A DNA stretch of 64,000 nucleotides from a virus, in the IMG/VR virus record IMGVR_UViG_3300050821_003907, positions 117,161 to 181,160 of that record; one strand, given 5' to 3'. The notes beneath the pieces are model-generated. The model saw only the letters and a program-made list of their open reading frames with translations, did no database searches and was not told the origin of the DNA. Positions 27,333 to 38,328 of this stretch are shown here, piece after piece; within the stretch, counting starts at the first letter, position 1; every line of letters begins with the position of its first letter. Both the position numbers and the translations under genes were made by a program.

Positions 27333-30204
27333 TCAGATGCCCTCGCGGCTCTCGTCCCAGCCGATGTCACTGTTAAGCAGGTTCACCACAGCCTTGGCGC
27401 GTGACTCATCCTCCAGGCGGATTACGAGCCGCTTGTCACCCTCCGGGGTGATGCCAACGACATCGTGAGAATCCGTCAGGGTACTGTAAGTGCACTCGTA
27501 GTGGGTGTAACCGTGCTCGCGTCCTAGTTCGCTCAAAGCAGCTAGTTCCTTAAGTTTGCCCATCACTGACCCCATCTGTAGTCCTCGTCCCTCATCCTTG
27601 TCAACAAGTGCCCCGCCCCGGTTATTCCCGCACCCAGTCTCGCGTGAACGCATCCAGCGGCTTCGGGACCGCGCAAGGGTCACTGAGTACCTGGTGGTAC
27701 CAGGCGGCGAGAGCTTTGAGCAGGAAATTACTCTTGGCGTTGTAATCCAGCTTGCGGTACCAGTCTTCGTCTTTAACTATGCTGTCGATACGGTTTTTGA
27801 AGTAATAGATAGAGTCTTCTGAAAATGATTCCAGTTGCTCTTCTATGAAGGTGCTCATCGCGCCCATTCCTCTACGAAATGCCGGATGTGAATCCGTGGT
27901 ACCTGACCTTCAGTCTTTTGCCTGTCCATGTCTTCGAACATGGCTTGCAGGGCCTTGTCCACTGCACGAAACTTAGCTTCGGGGTCCATGAGCACAAACC
28001 ATTCGTGCTTCTCAAGCACGGATTCGACTTTCGTTAGCAAGTGCCGGTTGAACGCCGTCTTCTCCATTACCCCATTCGATTCCGAAAGAAAGATTGTCCT
28101 TGTCAAACACAATTTCTGTGTCCTTAAGAACAGCGATGCCTGTCATCATTGCCTGACCGACTGCGATTACCGCAACGTCCCGGTTGAACTTCCGGGTTAG
28201 CAGGGTTACCGCGTAATCAAAGTTTCCGACGTGCATTTACCACTCCGGGTCTGGTGCGTTTTCACTCCACTGCTTACCGTCTGTGCCTTTCTTCAGCTCC
28301 TTGAGCAGCAGGCTTCCTAGTGCCGAGGCAACCTCGGTCTCCACGTCGTAAATCATGGAGCCGTCGTAAGCACGGTAAGCGAATTCCGTGCCGTTAATAG
28401 TCAGGTTGTAGCCGCTATAGCCGTCGCCAGAAATACCAAGGATGATACTGAACGTGCGTGCCACTATTCTCCCTCGTACTCACTATTAGGGGAAACGTTT
28501 ACCTGGAAAACGCTCTCGTCAAATTCACGACCGAAACTATTCGGGTTCGAAGGAAAGCCAACCAGCACTCTCCCTGGCAAGTCGGGTGTAGCCATGCGAG
28601 TCGCTATCTTAAAAAGCCAAGCGAGTCCTTGAAGGTCCAGCAGAATATCGCCTGGTTGGATAACAGCGCCAGTCACGTCACGAGCTATAAGGCGAGGTGT
28701 GTACGCCATTACTCTCCTAACCTAGTTCTACAGTAACCTTAAGCACCCGGTATTCCTGGTCAGTAATGAACTCATTCCACTGCCAGGTTTTCTTGAATGC
28801 CTCGTCGCGCTTGTCTTCGGGGAAACGCGCATAGCCAATAGGTCGCCATGCTTGCCCGTACTCTTTAGCGCGACACTGAATGACGTAGAAGACTTCCCCC
28901 GGCTCTCCGGAGATGCAGTACTCAGGAGTTGCCATCATTTCCCCTCTAGCGAACTACCTCTAGGCAGCAATCAGGAACGCATGTCTCCTGGTCGTGGAAT
29001 ATAATCCACCAGCTTGCGCCTGAACCGCTTGTCCTAATGAGCTCATAAACGTGGTCAGTAGTTGTTTCCCAGTAGCGAGCGTACATCTCACGAAACCTGA
29101 CCTTCGTCCGCAGGTAATCCTCCATTGTCCCTCTTAGCGTAGTCGCGCTCTATACTGCCAATGCAATCGTAAAAGCGCTTGTACAAAGGCTCAAGTCCCG
29201 GATTAAGGCGTGACCACCTGTTTAGCTGGTTGATGCAGTCACGCAGTTCATGGAGGGGAGTCAGCTCGCCTTTGAGCTGTTCCCCGTGACCATATGACAT
29301 CTACTTGCTTTTCTTCTTGTTGTAGCGCTTGTAAGCGAACTTAAGGGCAAGGAACGCCAAGCGCAGTGCCAGGATTCGCATTTCCTTCAGGTCCTCATCT
29401 TCGTCTTTACGAGCCAGGAACATGATTAGTGGTCGCTTCCCTGAAGCTTGTTCTCGTTGGCCAGTGACGGGTGCTGGTGCGGCTCGAAGCCGAACGCGCG
29501 ACCGTGATGCCCGCAAAGGCTCAGTGAGCCACCCTCCGGGAGCTTGTCCGTGGGAGGCAGGCAGACCTCAATGAGAGCCACAACAGCAGGACCGCAGCCG
29601 TCGCAAGTGTGGTCGGTAACCGTGTCAAGCATGGTGAAAACCGGTTGGGTGGTGACTTCCGGCTTCTCGGCGGGCAGGTCAAGAGTGGTAACTTCAGTCA
29701 TCATGGTCTCCTGTCTGGGTACTGCTGTTGTCGCTAGTTTACCGCGTGTTACGTGTACAGAACGCTCTTAAGGCCGTTTTCCAGCTTGAGCAGGGTGTCC
29801 TTAGTGCCATCGGCCACCAGGGCGGCAATCAGAGGAACTACTGTGCGATTTCGGTGCAGGGCAGTCTTGAGCCGGAAAGCCTCCTCTTCAGTGAGGACGA
29901 TTGTGATTGTCTTCTGTGTCTTTGCGCCGATTTCCATTTATCCTCCTAGTTGGTGAGCGCCCTCTTCAATGAGAGCCATTACCATTGTCGAAGCATTCGT
30001 TTCCCGGTACTCACCTAGTAGCCATCGCTTGAGCATTCCCTCGCTCGTACGCTCAGGGTCATACGGTGCCAGGTCGTAAAAGCGAATAATGAAAATAGCC
30101 AGCACTTCTGCTGTGCTCTCAGCCTCTGGCCCCTTGCATGAATTCACCTGCTCTTGCGCAACCTGAAAAGAATCTACCAGATAACGGTTACGGTGGAACG
30201 TCAC
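27333..30204 (-). other. run of ~12 small hypothetical CDS (e.g. 27622-27867, 27855-28112, 28012-28236, 28237-28464, 28464-28709, 28717-28938, 29088-29300, 29749-29937, 29938-30204)
   Basis: Co-oriented, tightly packed, RBS present. Confidence 0.6.
29426..29704 (-). CDS. small CxxC...CGHH zinc-binding protein
   Basis: TCDGC...LSLCGHH; GGAG RBS. Confidence 0.6.
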   Translation of the reverse strand: MMTEVTTLDLPAEKPEVTTQPVFTMLDTVTDHTCDGCGPAVVALIEVCLPPTDKLPEGGSLSLCGHHGRAFGFEPHQHPSLANENKLQGSDH

Positions 30205-30662
30205 AGCGTGTCCCCTTCACCCAGAAGTGCCGTCAGGCCCTCGTCAAGGTTCAGGTACTCCAGTTCCTCGCCAGCGGGCACTAGCTTGTAGATGTCGTTG
30301 ATGAAAGCGTCAACTAGCTTCTCGTTCATGACGAACTGGGCAACGCCGTAAGGCGAAGTTAGCGTCATGGAAATGAGCTTTCCTGCACCAGTCAGCGAGA
30401 ACAGTGCGCTCTTGTCCTGAATCAGGCCAGCCGGTGATATCTTAACGTCCCCATCACCACTGGGCTTAGTCAGGCCGTCCCTGAGCAGGTCACGCGAGAA
30501 CGTCCACACGACAGGGCCATCCATACCGGTGTTGAAAGTGACTTCCACGGCATGGGGGTCGGCAGTGGTGTAAACGAAATGCGCGCTGAGGACAACAGCA
30601 GCCTCATTCATGAGGAGGCGAACAGGAACATCCTTGCGCACGACCACAGGACTACTCATCAT
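30201..30662 (-). CDS. ssgB: SsgA-like protein (SsgB-type sporulation septation regulator)
   Basis: YTTADPHAVEVTFNTG...VWTFSRDLLRDGL..PSGDGDV...LTSPYG.A...VPAGEE...LDEGL follows the SsgB pattern over its full length. Confidence 0.92.
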   Translation of the reverse strand: MMSSPVVVRKDVPVRLLMNEAAVVLSAHFVYTTADPHAVEVTFNTGMDGPVVWTFSRDLLRDGLTKPSGDGDVKISPAGLIQDKSALFSLTGAGKLISMTLTSPYGVAQFVMNEKLVDAFINDIYKLVPAGEELEYLNLDEGLTALLGEGDTL

Positions 30663-30990
30663 AAGTTTCCTCTTCTCCTAGTTCCGGCGAGCTACCCGAC
30701 AGTGAAAGGATAAGCTTCCGGAATTCCCAGGGGGTGATTCCTGCCTCTTGCAGGCAAGCCTCGGGGACTACCGCGTTCACCAGCTCAGCAAAGCCAAGCC
30801 ATGTCATCGCGAACAACCCGCCCTCTGAGAAGTCCAGGTGAACGCGAGTAGCGGTTGTTCCCACGGCAAGCTCAACATTCGGGCAGCGTGAAGTAGCGCG
30901 GTTGTTCTTCCTGCTTAGCTTTCGTGTTCCCTTAATTATTACCATCGCGTCTTCCGCTCTCACGACTCTCTGCAACCAGGATTGACGCAC
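30652..30990 (-). CDS. hypothetical protein
   Basis: Overlaps the ssgB start; exact start uncertain. Confidence 0.5.
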   Translation of the reverse strand: MRQSWLQRVVRAEDAMVIIKGTRKLSRKNNRATSRCPNVELAVGTTATRVHLDFSEGGLFAMTWLGFAELVNAVVPEACLQEAGITPWEFRKLILSLSGSSPELGEEETYDE

Positions 30991-31095
30991 GAATGCGCGC
31001 TATGCGCTCGAAGTCACTACGCTCATTAGCGGACATCTTGGCCATGCGCTCTTCCAGCGTTCCGAGCTTGGCGTTAAGGTACTCGCGTAGTGTCA

Positions 31096-31530
31096 TTACC
31101 TAACCTCATTATCACAGTCGTACCAGGGTGGGTCAGGTTGCAGCAAGCGAAGGTTTGCGTTTACCTTGGCCAGTTCCAGTTCAGCATTCTTGATGTCGTC
31201 GTTAAGCTTGTCCAGCCTTTCATTCTTGCGAGCAGCCTTGCGCTCAGCGCGCGGCATTGGCTTGGTGTTGAACCAGCGTCCTAGTCCGGTGCCGATAATG
31301 GTGTTCTTGATGCCAAGAACCGCGAGTGTAGGAGGTGCGCATATCGGCCACGTAAGCGCGAAAAGCGCAACGGGAATCCATGCCTCCTCAAGGTCAGCTA
31401 GGTCCTCCATGCAGTAATCGCCGTTAATAAACCACCAGCCGACACGCTTAACTGAAACACCAGCACCGACGATGTACGCGACAACAGAGAATACCCACCA
31501 GAAGATTGTAAGCGTCACACCCTGCTCCAT
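31096..31530 (-). CDS. membrane protein with C-terminal coiled coil
   Basis: Two TM segments, then a heptad region. Confidence 0.65.
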   Translation of the reverse strand: MEQGVTLTIFWWVFSVVAYIVGAGVSVKRVGWWFINGDYCMEDLADLEEAWIPVALFALTWPICAPPTLAVLGIKNTIIGTGLGRWFNTKPMPRAERKAARKNERLDKLNDDIKNAELELAKVNANLRLLQPDPPWYDCDNEVR

Positions 31531-31715
31531 TCTTGAATAGGCTCAATGGTCACCAGGAACTTGCCGCCATCAACGGTCTGGAGAATGAGCTTGTGACTGT
31601 TGCCCGTAACGAAATTTTGTCCCGGATGCGCATCGCGAATGCGAGAGAACCTATGGTCAGACGACAGGGCGTGCTTGATGTTATTACTTATGTTCTTAAC
31701 GCTCCATGCAGTCAT
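31515..31715 (-). CDS. hypothetical protein
   Basis: ATGA overlap. Confidence 0.55.
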   Translation of the reverse strand: MTAWSVKNISNNIKHALSSDHRFSRIRDAHPGQNFVTGNSHKLILQTVDGGKFLVTIEPIQEWSRV

Positions 31716-32254
31716 TCGCTTACCCTCCTGCCGTTAGGTGCATGCTTGTTAGCATTTTGCTCGGCTTGAGTGGCCCAGCGAACATTACCCGGTTCGTAGT
31801 TACCGTTGTTGTCCAGGCGGTCTAGTGTATGACCTTTAGGTCTAGGCCCTAGATTAGCCTCTAGCCACGTTACGAACGCTAGCGCATCTTCACGCCATTC
31901 CTCACACACCTGAATACCGCGTCCGCCATAGTGCTTATAGTTGTGCGCACCGACATCGTAACAACGCCTGCGCATGTTAAGCCATGTTTTGTAGAGAGGA
32001 TGCTTACTGCTAAGCCCATGTGCTTCACCGAAGCCTTTGAAGCTGAGAAGTTCCCCGTCCACATAATCTTCTTTCCAGCAACCGCAACTCTTAGAGTGCC
32101 CGTTATTTAGCTGGAAAGCTAGAATGTCGCGTTCAGTTCCGCATTTACACCTACACGGTACCCAGCGGCGGAAGTGCCCCCGCTTATCAGGGAGCGTGTA
32201 ACTATCACCGATGACAGTCCATCTATTGAACTCATCACCAATAAGCGGGGGCAT
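31712..32254 (-). CDS. HNH homing endonuclease
   Basis: CRCKCG...SKSCGC, then YKTWLNMRRRC...YGGRGIQVCEEW...TLDRLDNNGNYEPGNVRWAT. Confidence 0.9.
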   Translation of the reverse strand: MPPLIGDEFNRWTVIGDSYTLPDKRGHFRRWVPCRCKCGTERDILAFQLNNGHSKSCGCWKEDYVDGELLSFKGFGEAHGLSSKHPLYKTWLNMRRRCYDVGAHNYKHYGGRGIQVCEEWREDALAFVTWLEANLGPRPKGHTLDRLDNNGNYEPGNVRWATQAEQNANKHAPNGRRVSE

Positions 32255-32271
32255 ATCCCCTACCTAACTAC

Positions 32272-32862
32272 TCAGGTACCGGGGCAGCCGTCTGCTTGCC
32301 AAGCGCCACCACCGGAGTTGGCGTAAATCTGGCCCGCAACCTGCTCCTGCTGAGCAAGGCTGTCACCCGAAACGTTATACCCACTCGCCGGGATGATGCC
32401 GAACACGTTACCGCCAGCGGCGGGGTTAGTGCCGTTCGTGGACTCGCGGTAGGCGATGCAGTTCGCCATGGACGAGGACATGCCGGGGATGTTGTAGCCA
32501 CCCGAGCCACCGCTAGAGCTACCGCCAGACGACGAGCCGTCGCTAGGCGCGGGAGCGCTGCTCTGGGAGCTGCCCGATGAGGACGAGTCTCCCGAGACGA
32601 TGGCCGACGAATCACCGGAGGTGTCCGTGCTCACCGACGACGGGGACGGGGAAGACTCAGCAGGCGCGCTAGCGCTGCCACCGCCTGAAAGGTTAATCGA
32701 CTCGCCGATGTAAATGAGATTGGGATTGCCAATCTGAGGATTGGCCGCTTCGAGCTGGCTCAGCGAGACGCCGTTGCTAGCAGCGATGCCGCTTAGCGTG
32801 TTGCCCGACTGAGTCGTGTAGACAGAAGCAGCAAGTGCGAGTGCATGAAACATGAAAAGCAT
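32272..32862 (-). CDS. rpf: LysM + resuscitation-promoting factor (Rpf)-like muralytic protein
   Basis: YTTQSGNTLSGIA...LEAANPQIGNPNLIYIGESI (LysM); Ser/Gly linker; CIAYRES...FGI...LAQQEQVAGQIYANSGGGAW...C. Confidence 0.85.
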   Translation of the reverse strand: MLFMFHALALAASVYTTQSGNTLSGIAASNGVSLSQLEAANPQIGNPNLIYIGESINLSGGGSASAPAESSPSPSSVSTDTSGDSSAIVSGDSSSSGSSQSSAPAPSDGSSSGGSSSGGSGGYNIPGMSSSMANCIAYRESTNGTNPAAGGNVFGIIPASGYNVSGDSLAQQEQVAGQIYANSGGGAWQADGCPGT

Positions 32863-32951
32863 TCCTATCTTTAGGGTATGTAGGTACTGCGCTGTCGAAT
32901 AGGCGTATCACCTCCCTTAAGGCCCCTGGCTTCCCCTGCCGTCAACAGGGC

Positions 32952-33233
32952 TTACAGCACGCGCCGGTAGGCGGCAAGATTCGAAAGGGCTTTATCTAGG
33001 CGTGGGACAGCCGTGTGTATTTCCCGCATTGCCTCGTTCAGGATGTTTTCCATTCGCTGAATGTCGTCAGCAGTAGTGTTGCGGATGCCGAAAGCAATCT
33101 CTTCTAGCGCTTCGCAGGCTTGCGCGATAACGAAATTAGCTTTGCTAGTGTGCTCACTAGCCTCATCGAGAGGGTTATAAGCTTCCATTCCCAGCCGGAT
33201 TTGCTCTTTCCAGTTATCATTCATTTCAGTCAT
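32952..33233 (-). CDS. hypothetical helical protein
   Basis: Overlaps the RNA ligase stop. Confidence 0.6.
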   Translation of the reverse strand: MTEMNDNWKEQIRLGMEAYNPLDEASEHTSKANFVIAQACEALEEIAFGIRNTTADDIQRMENILNEAMREIHTAVPRLDKALSNLAAYRRVL

Positions 33234-33921
33234 TTCGTTGCGCCTTTACAGGTACGTCGCGAGTCTTCAGCTTCATCACAAGGCGCTCACCGCCGCGCGT
33301 GAAGAGCGGAACAGCAGGCGTGCCCACTACTCCCTCAATCACAACGCCGCGCTTGTGCCAGTACGACAGGAACGTGCCGCTCTTGATGGCTTCCCACGCT
33401 TCTACCGGAGAATATATCCAGTAAATTTCGGGAACCAGGCCGATTTCGAAGTAACGCGCTACGTCCTTAACGTCTTCAGGGGTGAGCCACCACTTACCGA
33501 CGCGCACGTCGAACAGGATGAAGCTAACGTTATCCCGGTACAAGCCACCGCCCTTCTGAATTCGTGGCCCGTAGCCCTCACCGTAAAGCGTGACAGACGG
33601 CTTCTCGCCGTCAGTGAACAGGAATTTCTTCTCCCACTTACTGGCGTCAAGCAGGCCCAGGTTGCGGATTGCTTCTGTCAGGTGCGCGGGCATCTGCGCG
33701 TTGTCGGTTCGTCCACCGAGAACTACGCTCTCGCCGTTCCAGTAAAGACGGGTGTTCGTGCCGTCAATTTTCTCTGTCCAGCGCCAGGGGCGGTCCTTCA
33801 GGTACGCGAATTCCGGCAGGGACCAGTCCCATTCAATGATGGGGTTGTTCTTGGCGTCGGTGTCCCGCTTGAACGCTGTGTGGATTTTGTGGTATGGAGG
33901 ACCAAAGGGCGAATCCGTCAT
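33226..33921 (-). CDS. ATP-dependent RNA ligase (Rnl2-like)
   Basis: Motif I EKIDGTN, III LYGEGYG, IIIa FILFDV, IV EGVV, V KLKT. Confidence 0.88.
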   Translation of the reverse strand: MTDSPFGPPYHKIHTAFKRDTDAKNNPIIEWDWSLPEFAYLKDRPWRWTEKIDGTNTRLYWNGESVVLGGRTDNAQMPAHLTEAIRNLGLLDASKWEKKFLFTDGEKPSVTLYGEGYGPRIQKGGGLYRDNVSFILFDVRVGKWWLTPEDVKDVARYFEIGLVPEIYWIYSPVEAWEAIKSGTFLSYWHKRGVVIEGVVGTPAVPLFTRGGERLVMKLKTRDVPVKAQRND

Positions 33922-34146
33922 GGCAATCTCCTGTCTTTCTTGTCCTTGCGGTAGCGGAAGTACAGCCTGGTGAGCGCGTAAGCCGTCAGGGCCAGTCCTA
34001 CCCAGAACAACGGAGTCACTTGCGGTTATTCCCGCTCTCTCGTTTCTTGCGAGCTTTCTCAGCTCGCTCTCGCCACAGCCACAGGCTGAACATTGCCGCC
34101 CAGAAGGACACGAACGCTACCCAGAAAAGCACATCGAAGACTAGCA

Positions 34147-34353
34147 TCACGTCTCATAGTCAGGATAGAACTCCAGGACCTCTTCGTACAAGCGCCTAGA
34201 GGCAACAGGCAACAGCTCTCGCAATGCCCATACAACGCTGTCCACTGCTTCAACGGGCTGACTGGGATTGCCATCAATCGCTGAATCAGATTCCTTCTGC
34301 TTGACCTCGCGCAGCTTGGCGATTAGCAGGTCAACGTCGATGGTGGTATCCAT
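34147..34353 (-). CDS. hypothetical protein
   Basis: GGAG RBS. Confidence 0.55.
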   Translation of the reverse strand: MDTTIDVDLLIAKLREVKQKESDSAIDGNPSQPVEAVDSVVWALRELLPVASRRLYEEVLEFYPDYET

Positions 34354-34355
34354 TT

Positions 34356-34739
34356 TTACACTCCCAAAGATGCAGCGAAGTTAAGCAGGTCAGTACCGCT
34401 GTCAGCGTTAACCACAAGAAAGCCCTGCGAGCAGTTAACTGAAATCTTACCGCTGTCGTGCAGCGTGGTGATGGCTTGCCTGAATCCGCTCTCGCCCGCG
34501 CATCCCTGGCTAGCCCATTCCGCGCGGCCAGCGACGTTAAGGCCGATGTCTGATGCAGAGTTGTTGCTGATGCCGGGTGCTTGCGAGTACCCGTCGTGCT
34601 GAAGCTTCTGGAGTGGCGTGGCAGGCGGCTTGGGTGAGCTACCGCTCAGCAGCAGGGCTGAGATGCCCGCGATAGCGCCTATCAGGATGATGATTATCCC
34701 GATTGCGATGGCCTTGGCCGGGTGCTTGAAGATGCTCAT
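34356..34739 (-). CDS. membrane-anchored/secreted protein
   Basis: N-terminal TM, extracellular Cys pair. Confidence 0.65.
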   Translation of the reverse strand: MSIFKHPAKAIAIGIIIILIGAIAGISALLLSGSSPKPPATPLQKLQHDGYSQAPGISNNSASDIGLNVAGRAEWASQGCAGESGFRQAITTLHDSGKISVNCSQGFLVVNADSGTDLLNFAASLGV

Positions 34740-35060
34740 TGTTTCGTCCTTACAGGCTCAGGGTAAGAACCTACGTAGTTACTGCTCGAAGTTATGGCAC
34801 TTGTCAGGGTAAAGGCATTCACCACGAGCAAGGCAAGCGCAGTGCGCATACCAGGCTTGGTGACAGTTCTTGCACTTGTCTACGGGATGCGGCAATGTAT
34901 TACCTCCGGTTTGAGTCTAGCCATATGCCGAATGTGGTGCATGCACCGCCGCATGCCAGCCCTATCAGAATCGCAGCGAAATCTGAATGCACGTGAGCAA
35001 AGGCAGTTATCAGCACGGCTGATACGATGCCTGTTATGATGCCGATGAACGTGAACGGCA

Positions 35061-35357
35061 TTAGCCTCCCTTCCTGATTTCGAGAAGCTCGTACTCACCA
35101 ACGCGCGCTTCCTTGAACAGGGCCATAGCCTCATCAAAGGACTCAACGTCGATTAGCGTGTGGAATGGTGTCTGCGCACTGTGCGCCTTGTACTTAATGG
35201 CGTAAGTGTTCTTCGCAAGCCTGTTGTTAGCTGCTGATGGCGTAAGCCCCTCTAGCCGCAGCTCAAGGAAACGGGTTAGCTTCTCCATCGCCAGCTTGGA
35301 AGGGTTTTGCTCTCGCAGCGTCTTAAGCGCTATCTCGTCTGTCCATACGTACGTCAT
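35061..35357 (-). CDS. hypothetical protein (paralog of 49448..49603)
   Basis: YVWTDEIAL...RLEGL shared with the small ORF at 49.5 kb. Confidence 0.65.
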   Translation of the reverse strand: MTYVWTDEIALKTLREQNPSKLAMEKLTRFLELRLEGLTPSAANNRLAKNTYAIKYKAHSAQTPFHTLIDVESFDEAMALFKEARVGEYELLEIRKGG

Positions 35358-35510
35358 GTTAATATCCTTCTGGTCCGGGGAAAACGAAACTCGCGATTAT
35401 TATGAGGATGGCCGGGATGAACAGCGGTGCGAACCACCAGCTGTGCAGGCCAATCTCCACGTACAAGCCCGCGCCCATGCAGGCAAGCGCGAACAGCCCG
35501 AACATGGCCA

Positions 35511-36092
35511 CTACAGGCCCCTCGCACGGAGCTTAGCGGCCATGTCCAGTGCTCCCGCCGCGTGCATGCGCATCTGCGCGCTCTCGCGGGCGAGAACAGC
35601 CTGCTTGCTAACGACAGGTGCCGGACGGGCACTGACCTTAGCCGCGCTCTTGCTCTTGCCGGTAGCCGACTCAACGCCCTTAGCGAGTGCCCAGATGCCG
35701 AATGCCATCCCGATGACCAGCACGAACCAGGCAGCGCCATGCGACTCAGGGTAGGGACGCGCGATAGCGAAGGTCACCAGCGACAGGATGATAGCGCCGA
35801 CGCCACCAAAGATGCCAGTCAGGCCAGGGTGAGTCTGAGCAGGGCTTCCGCCCCACTTCTCTTCCTCCTTGTTGATGTACCAGGCAGCGCCCATGACGCC
35901 AGCGGCGGCAACAGCCTCACTAGCGGCCATGCCAGCGCCACCAGCGCGCATGATGGGACCAGCGAGGTTGGGACCGCCCCCGCCTAGGCCCTTGGTGATG
36001 ACGGCGTTCATGGCGTTGCCAGCGGTGCCCATGGCACGAGTCTGGCCCCGCATGACGTAACGCGCTGCGAACAGCGGCCAGATGCGAATCAT
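35511..36092 (-). CDS. Gly/Ala-rich membrane protein
   Basis: Three hydrophobic segments. Confidence 0.6.
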   Translation of the reverse strand: MIRIWPLFAARYVMRGQTRAMGTAGNAMNAVITKGLGGGGPNLAGPIMRAGGAGMAASEAVAAAGVMGAAWYINKEEEKWGGSPAQTHPGLTGIFGGVGAIILSLVTFAIARPYPESHGAAWFVLVIGMAFGIWALAKGVESATGKSKSAAKVSARPAPVVSKQAVLARESAQMRMHAAGALDMAAKLRARGL

Positions 36093-38281
36093 AAGGATAG
36101 TCTCCGTTCTCGGTGCCCGTCAGGATGCAGGATGTAAACCCAGTCTTGAATACCGCCCTGCCCGCCACTAGAGCGTGACGGCTGGTACTCTTCCAGCTCA
36201 TTCAGTCTAGCGCTAGCCGCTGCCTTGGCTTCTGCGTACGTGGGATAGGACGCCTTATAGGGCCGGGTGCTGATGTAGTAAAACTCCCCGTCGAACCGGT
36301 CCATGCCCATCAAGCGGTATTCCATATGCCCTCCATCTGCGTAAGGAACCGAAAATCTGCGTAATGTGCGTAAGGAATCAGGACTCGCCTACAGCGATAG
36401 CCCAGATAACAGACCCGATTACGGAGATGAACAGGGGAATCAGGAACACGAATCCAACCTGCCCGTTCTGGTGAACAGCCTGATGCAGGGAAAATGACGC
36501 GTGTTGGTGCTGACCGTCCTCAATCATGAACTTAACAGCCATGTAGGTAGACCAGATAAACCAGAGACCGATAATCTCGCCGGTAAACCACATGCCGAAC
36601 TTCTCCACAGACCCACTCCTGGTAATCGCTGTTAAAGGTTCAGCCCGCAAGCTGAGCTTGGATGCCCCGCAGGCATGCTACAACGCGCTCACGCGCCGCC
36701 TGATTCCCCGCAGGGAAGACTTAAGCAGTCAGGATGATGGTCTGGAGGGTAAGGGTCTAGCGGGTCAGGACAGCACCACGGGTCACCGGAGTCTAGCGGA
36801 GCAAACCACTGACCGGTCCTGTCACGCACCACGTACTTGCCGCAGCCCGCGCACGTTTCCCAGTCGGTGAGCCAGTAGTCAAGGAAATGCGTCATCACTG
36901 CCCCGTTGTAGGGTCGTCGTCAGGCGCAACGGAAGACTCACCCGGTAGTGTCCCGGCAGGGTTGCCCGCGAACGGCCAAGTGGCATTCCACGGGTTAACC
37001 TGAAGCTTCTGGCGCTCCTTCTCCTTGTCAAACTGCTCCCAGTATTCCTCATCAAACATATCGTCCATTACATGTCCTTAAGGAGTGTCCTGATGGTTTC
37101 CAGGCGCGTTAGCGCGTGACGCAAGTACATGTTTTCCATGGCATCAAGCTTAATTCGCACGCCACTGTAGTCATTCTGGTTCGATAGCGCGTAAATGCTA
37201 TCGGCTTGCATGGCAGTCCCGTCAAGCAAGTCACGGAATTCCCCGGTAAGCTTCTGCACGCGAGTGCGCTTATGGTCAAGCACTGTAACCTCAATGCGCT
37301 CAACCGCGCCTTTGATGTAGTTGTCGCTGCGAATCGTCGTCCTGACCAGTTCCTCTAGCTCACTGAGCAAAGGCAGCTCGAACATTCCGAAAATCAGGTC
37401 GGACAAAGCCGCACGGTAATTGTCACGCTCAGCAGCCGGGGCCATTGAGGAATCGAATTCGGCGTTAAGGTTACGCGCGTTCTGAAGCGCCTTTACAAGC
37501 AGGTCCTTGTCAATCAAAGCTCTAGCCCTTCTCCTGCCGAGAGACCCGCGTCATAGCCGTCGCTATAACCATCGTCGTAACCGCTATAGGCTTCCGCAGC
37601 CTCATCGTAAGCGTTCTGGCTACCAGCGTCGTACCCGGTTTGATACGCAATCTCGCGTACCTCTTCCACGAGCGCCCACATGGCAAGCTGCCGGTCTACC
37701 ACAAGCAGGTCAGGGTCAGTGATGTCGGCAATGGCAACGGCAATAGCCGTGCTATCAAGCTTTCCCCACCGGTCTGTCAGGTTCCTCACTTGCTGTTCCT
37801 CCATCGCCATGCGTCTATTTCAGCCCCCAAGATTGCCCCTACAAGCAAGCCCACGCCTGAAAAGAGAATTCCCCAGAATGCTGATAGTGCCACGCTAGCG
37901 TGCGACGATGATGCTAGCCACACACCGCACAAGCTTCCGCCAATCCAGCCATACAGCGCGAACATTACATAATGCAGAAAGAAGTTCCTAATCCTTTTCA
38001 TTAGCATCCTCTTTCGGCTCAGGCTTGACAGGCACCTTTCGGCCTAGCGTCCCGTGAAAGGGATTACGCCCGTACTCAGTTATTGGGCACCACCAGTTTC
38101 CGTTGCCCCCACGATTAGCAGGCTTGCTGTAGTCGCTACTCTTGGCCATTAACGGAAGAACCTTCTCACGTTGCGGATTAGGACTCGGGTGGTGAAGAGG
38201 ACCGTTACGATAACGGTCCCCTCCACGCTCATTATCAGCAGGTCCATTACAGGACCTTGCGAAGCACCCGCCGTAGGGCAA
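36089..38281 (-). other. run of small hypothetical CDS (36089-36325, ~36378-36600 membrane, 36689-36898 Cys-rich, 37068-37517, 37514-37810, 37786-38007 membrane)
   Basis: Co-oriented with overlapping stops and starts. Confidence 0.55.
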
Positions 38282-38328
38282 AGCCCACGACCATGCCGAG
38301 AACCACGCGGATTAGCATGCGCATCTTG

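Noticed and set aside
32863-32951. c-di-AMP (ydaO) riboswitch upstream of the rpf-like gene
   Set aside because: The intergenic gap is only ~90 nt and lacks recognisable ydaO elements
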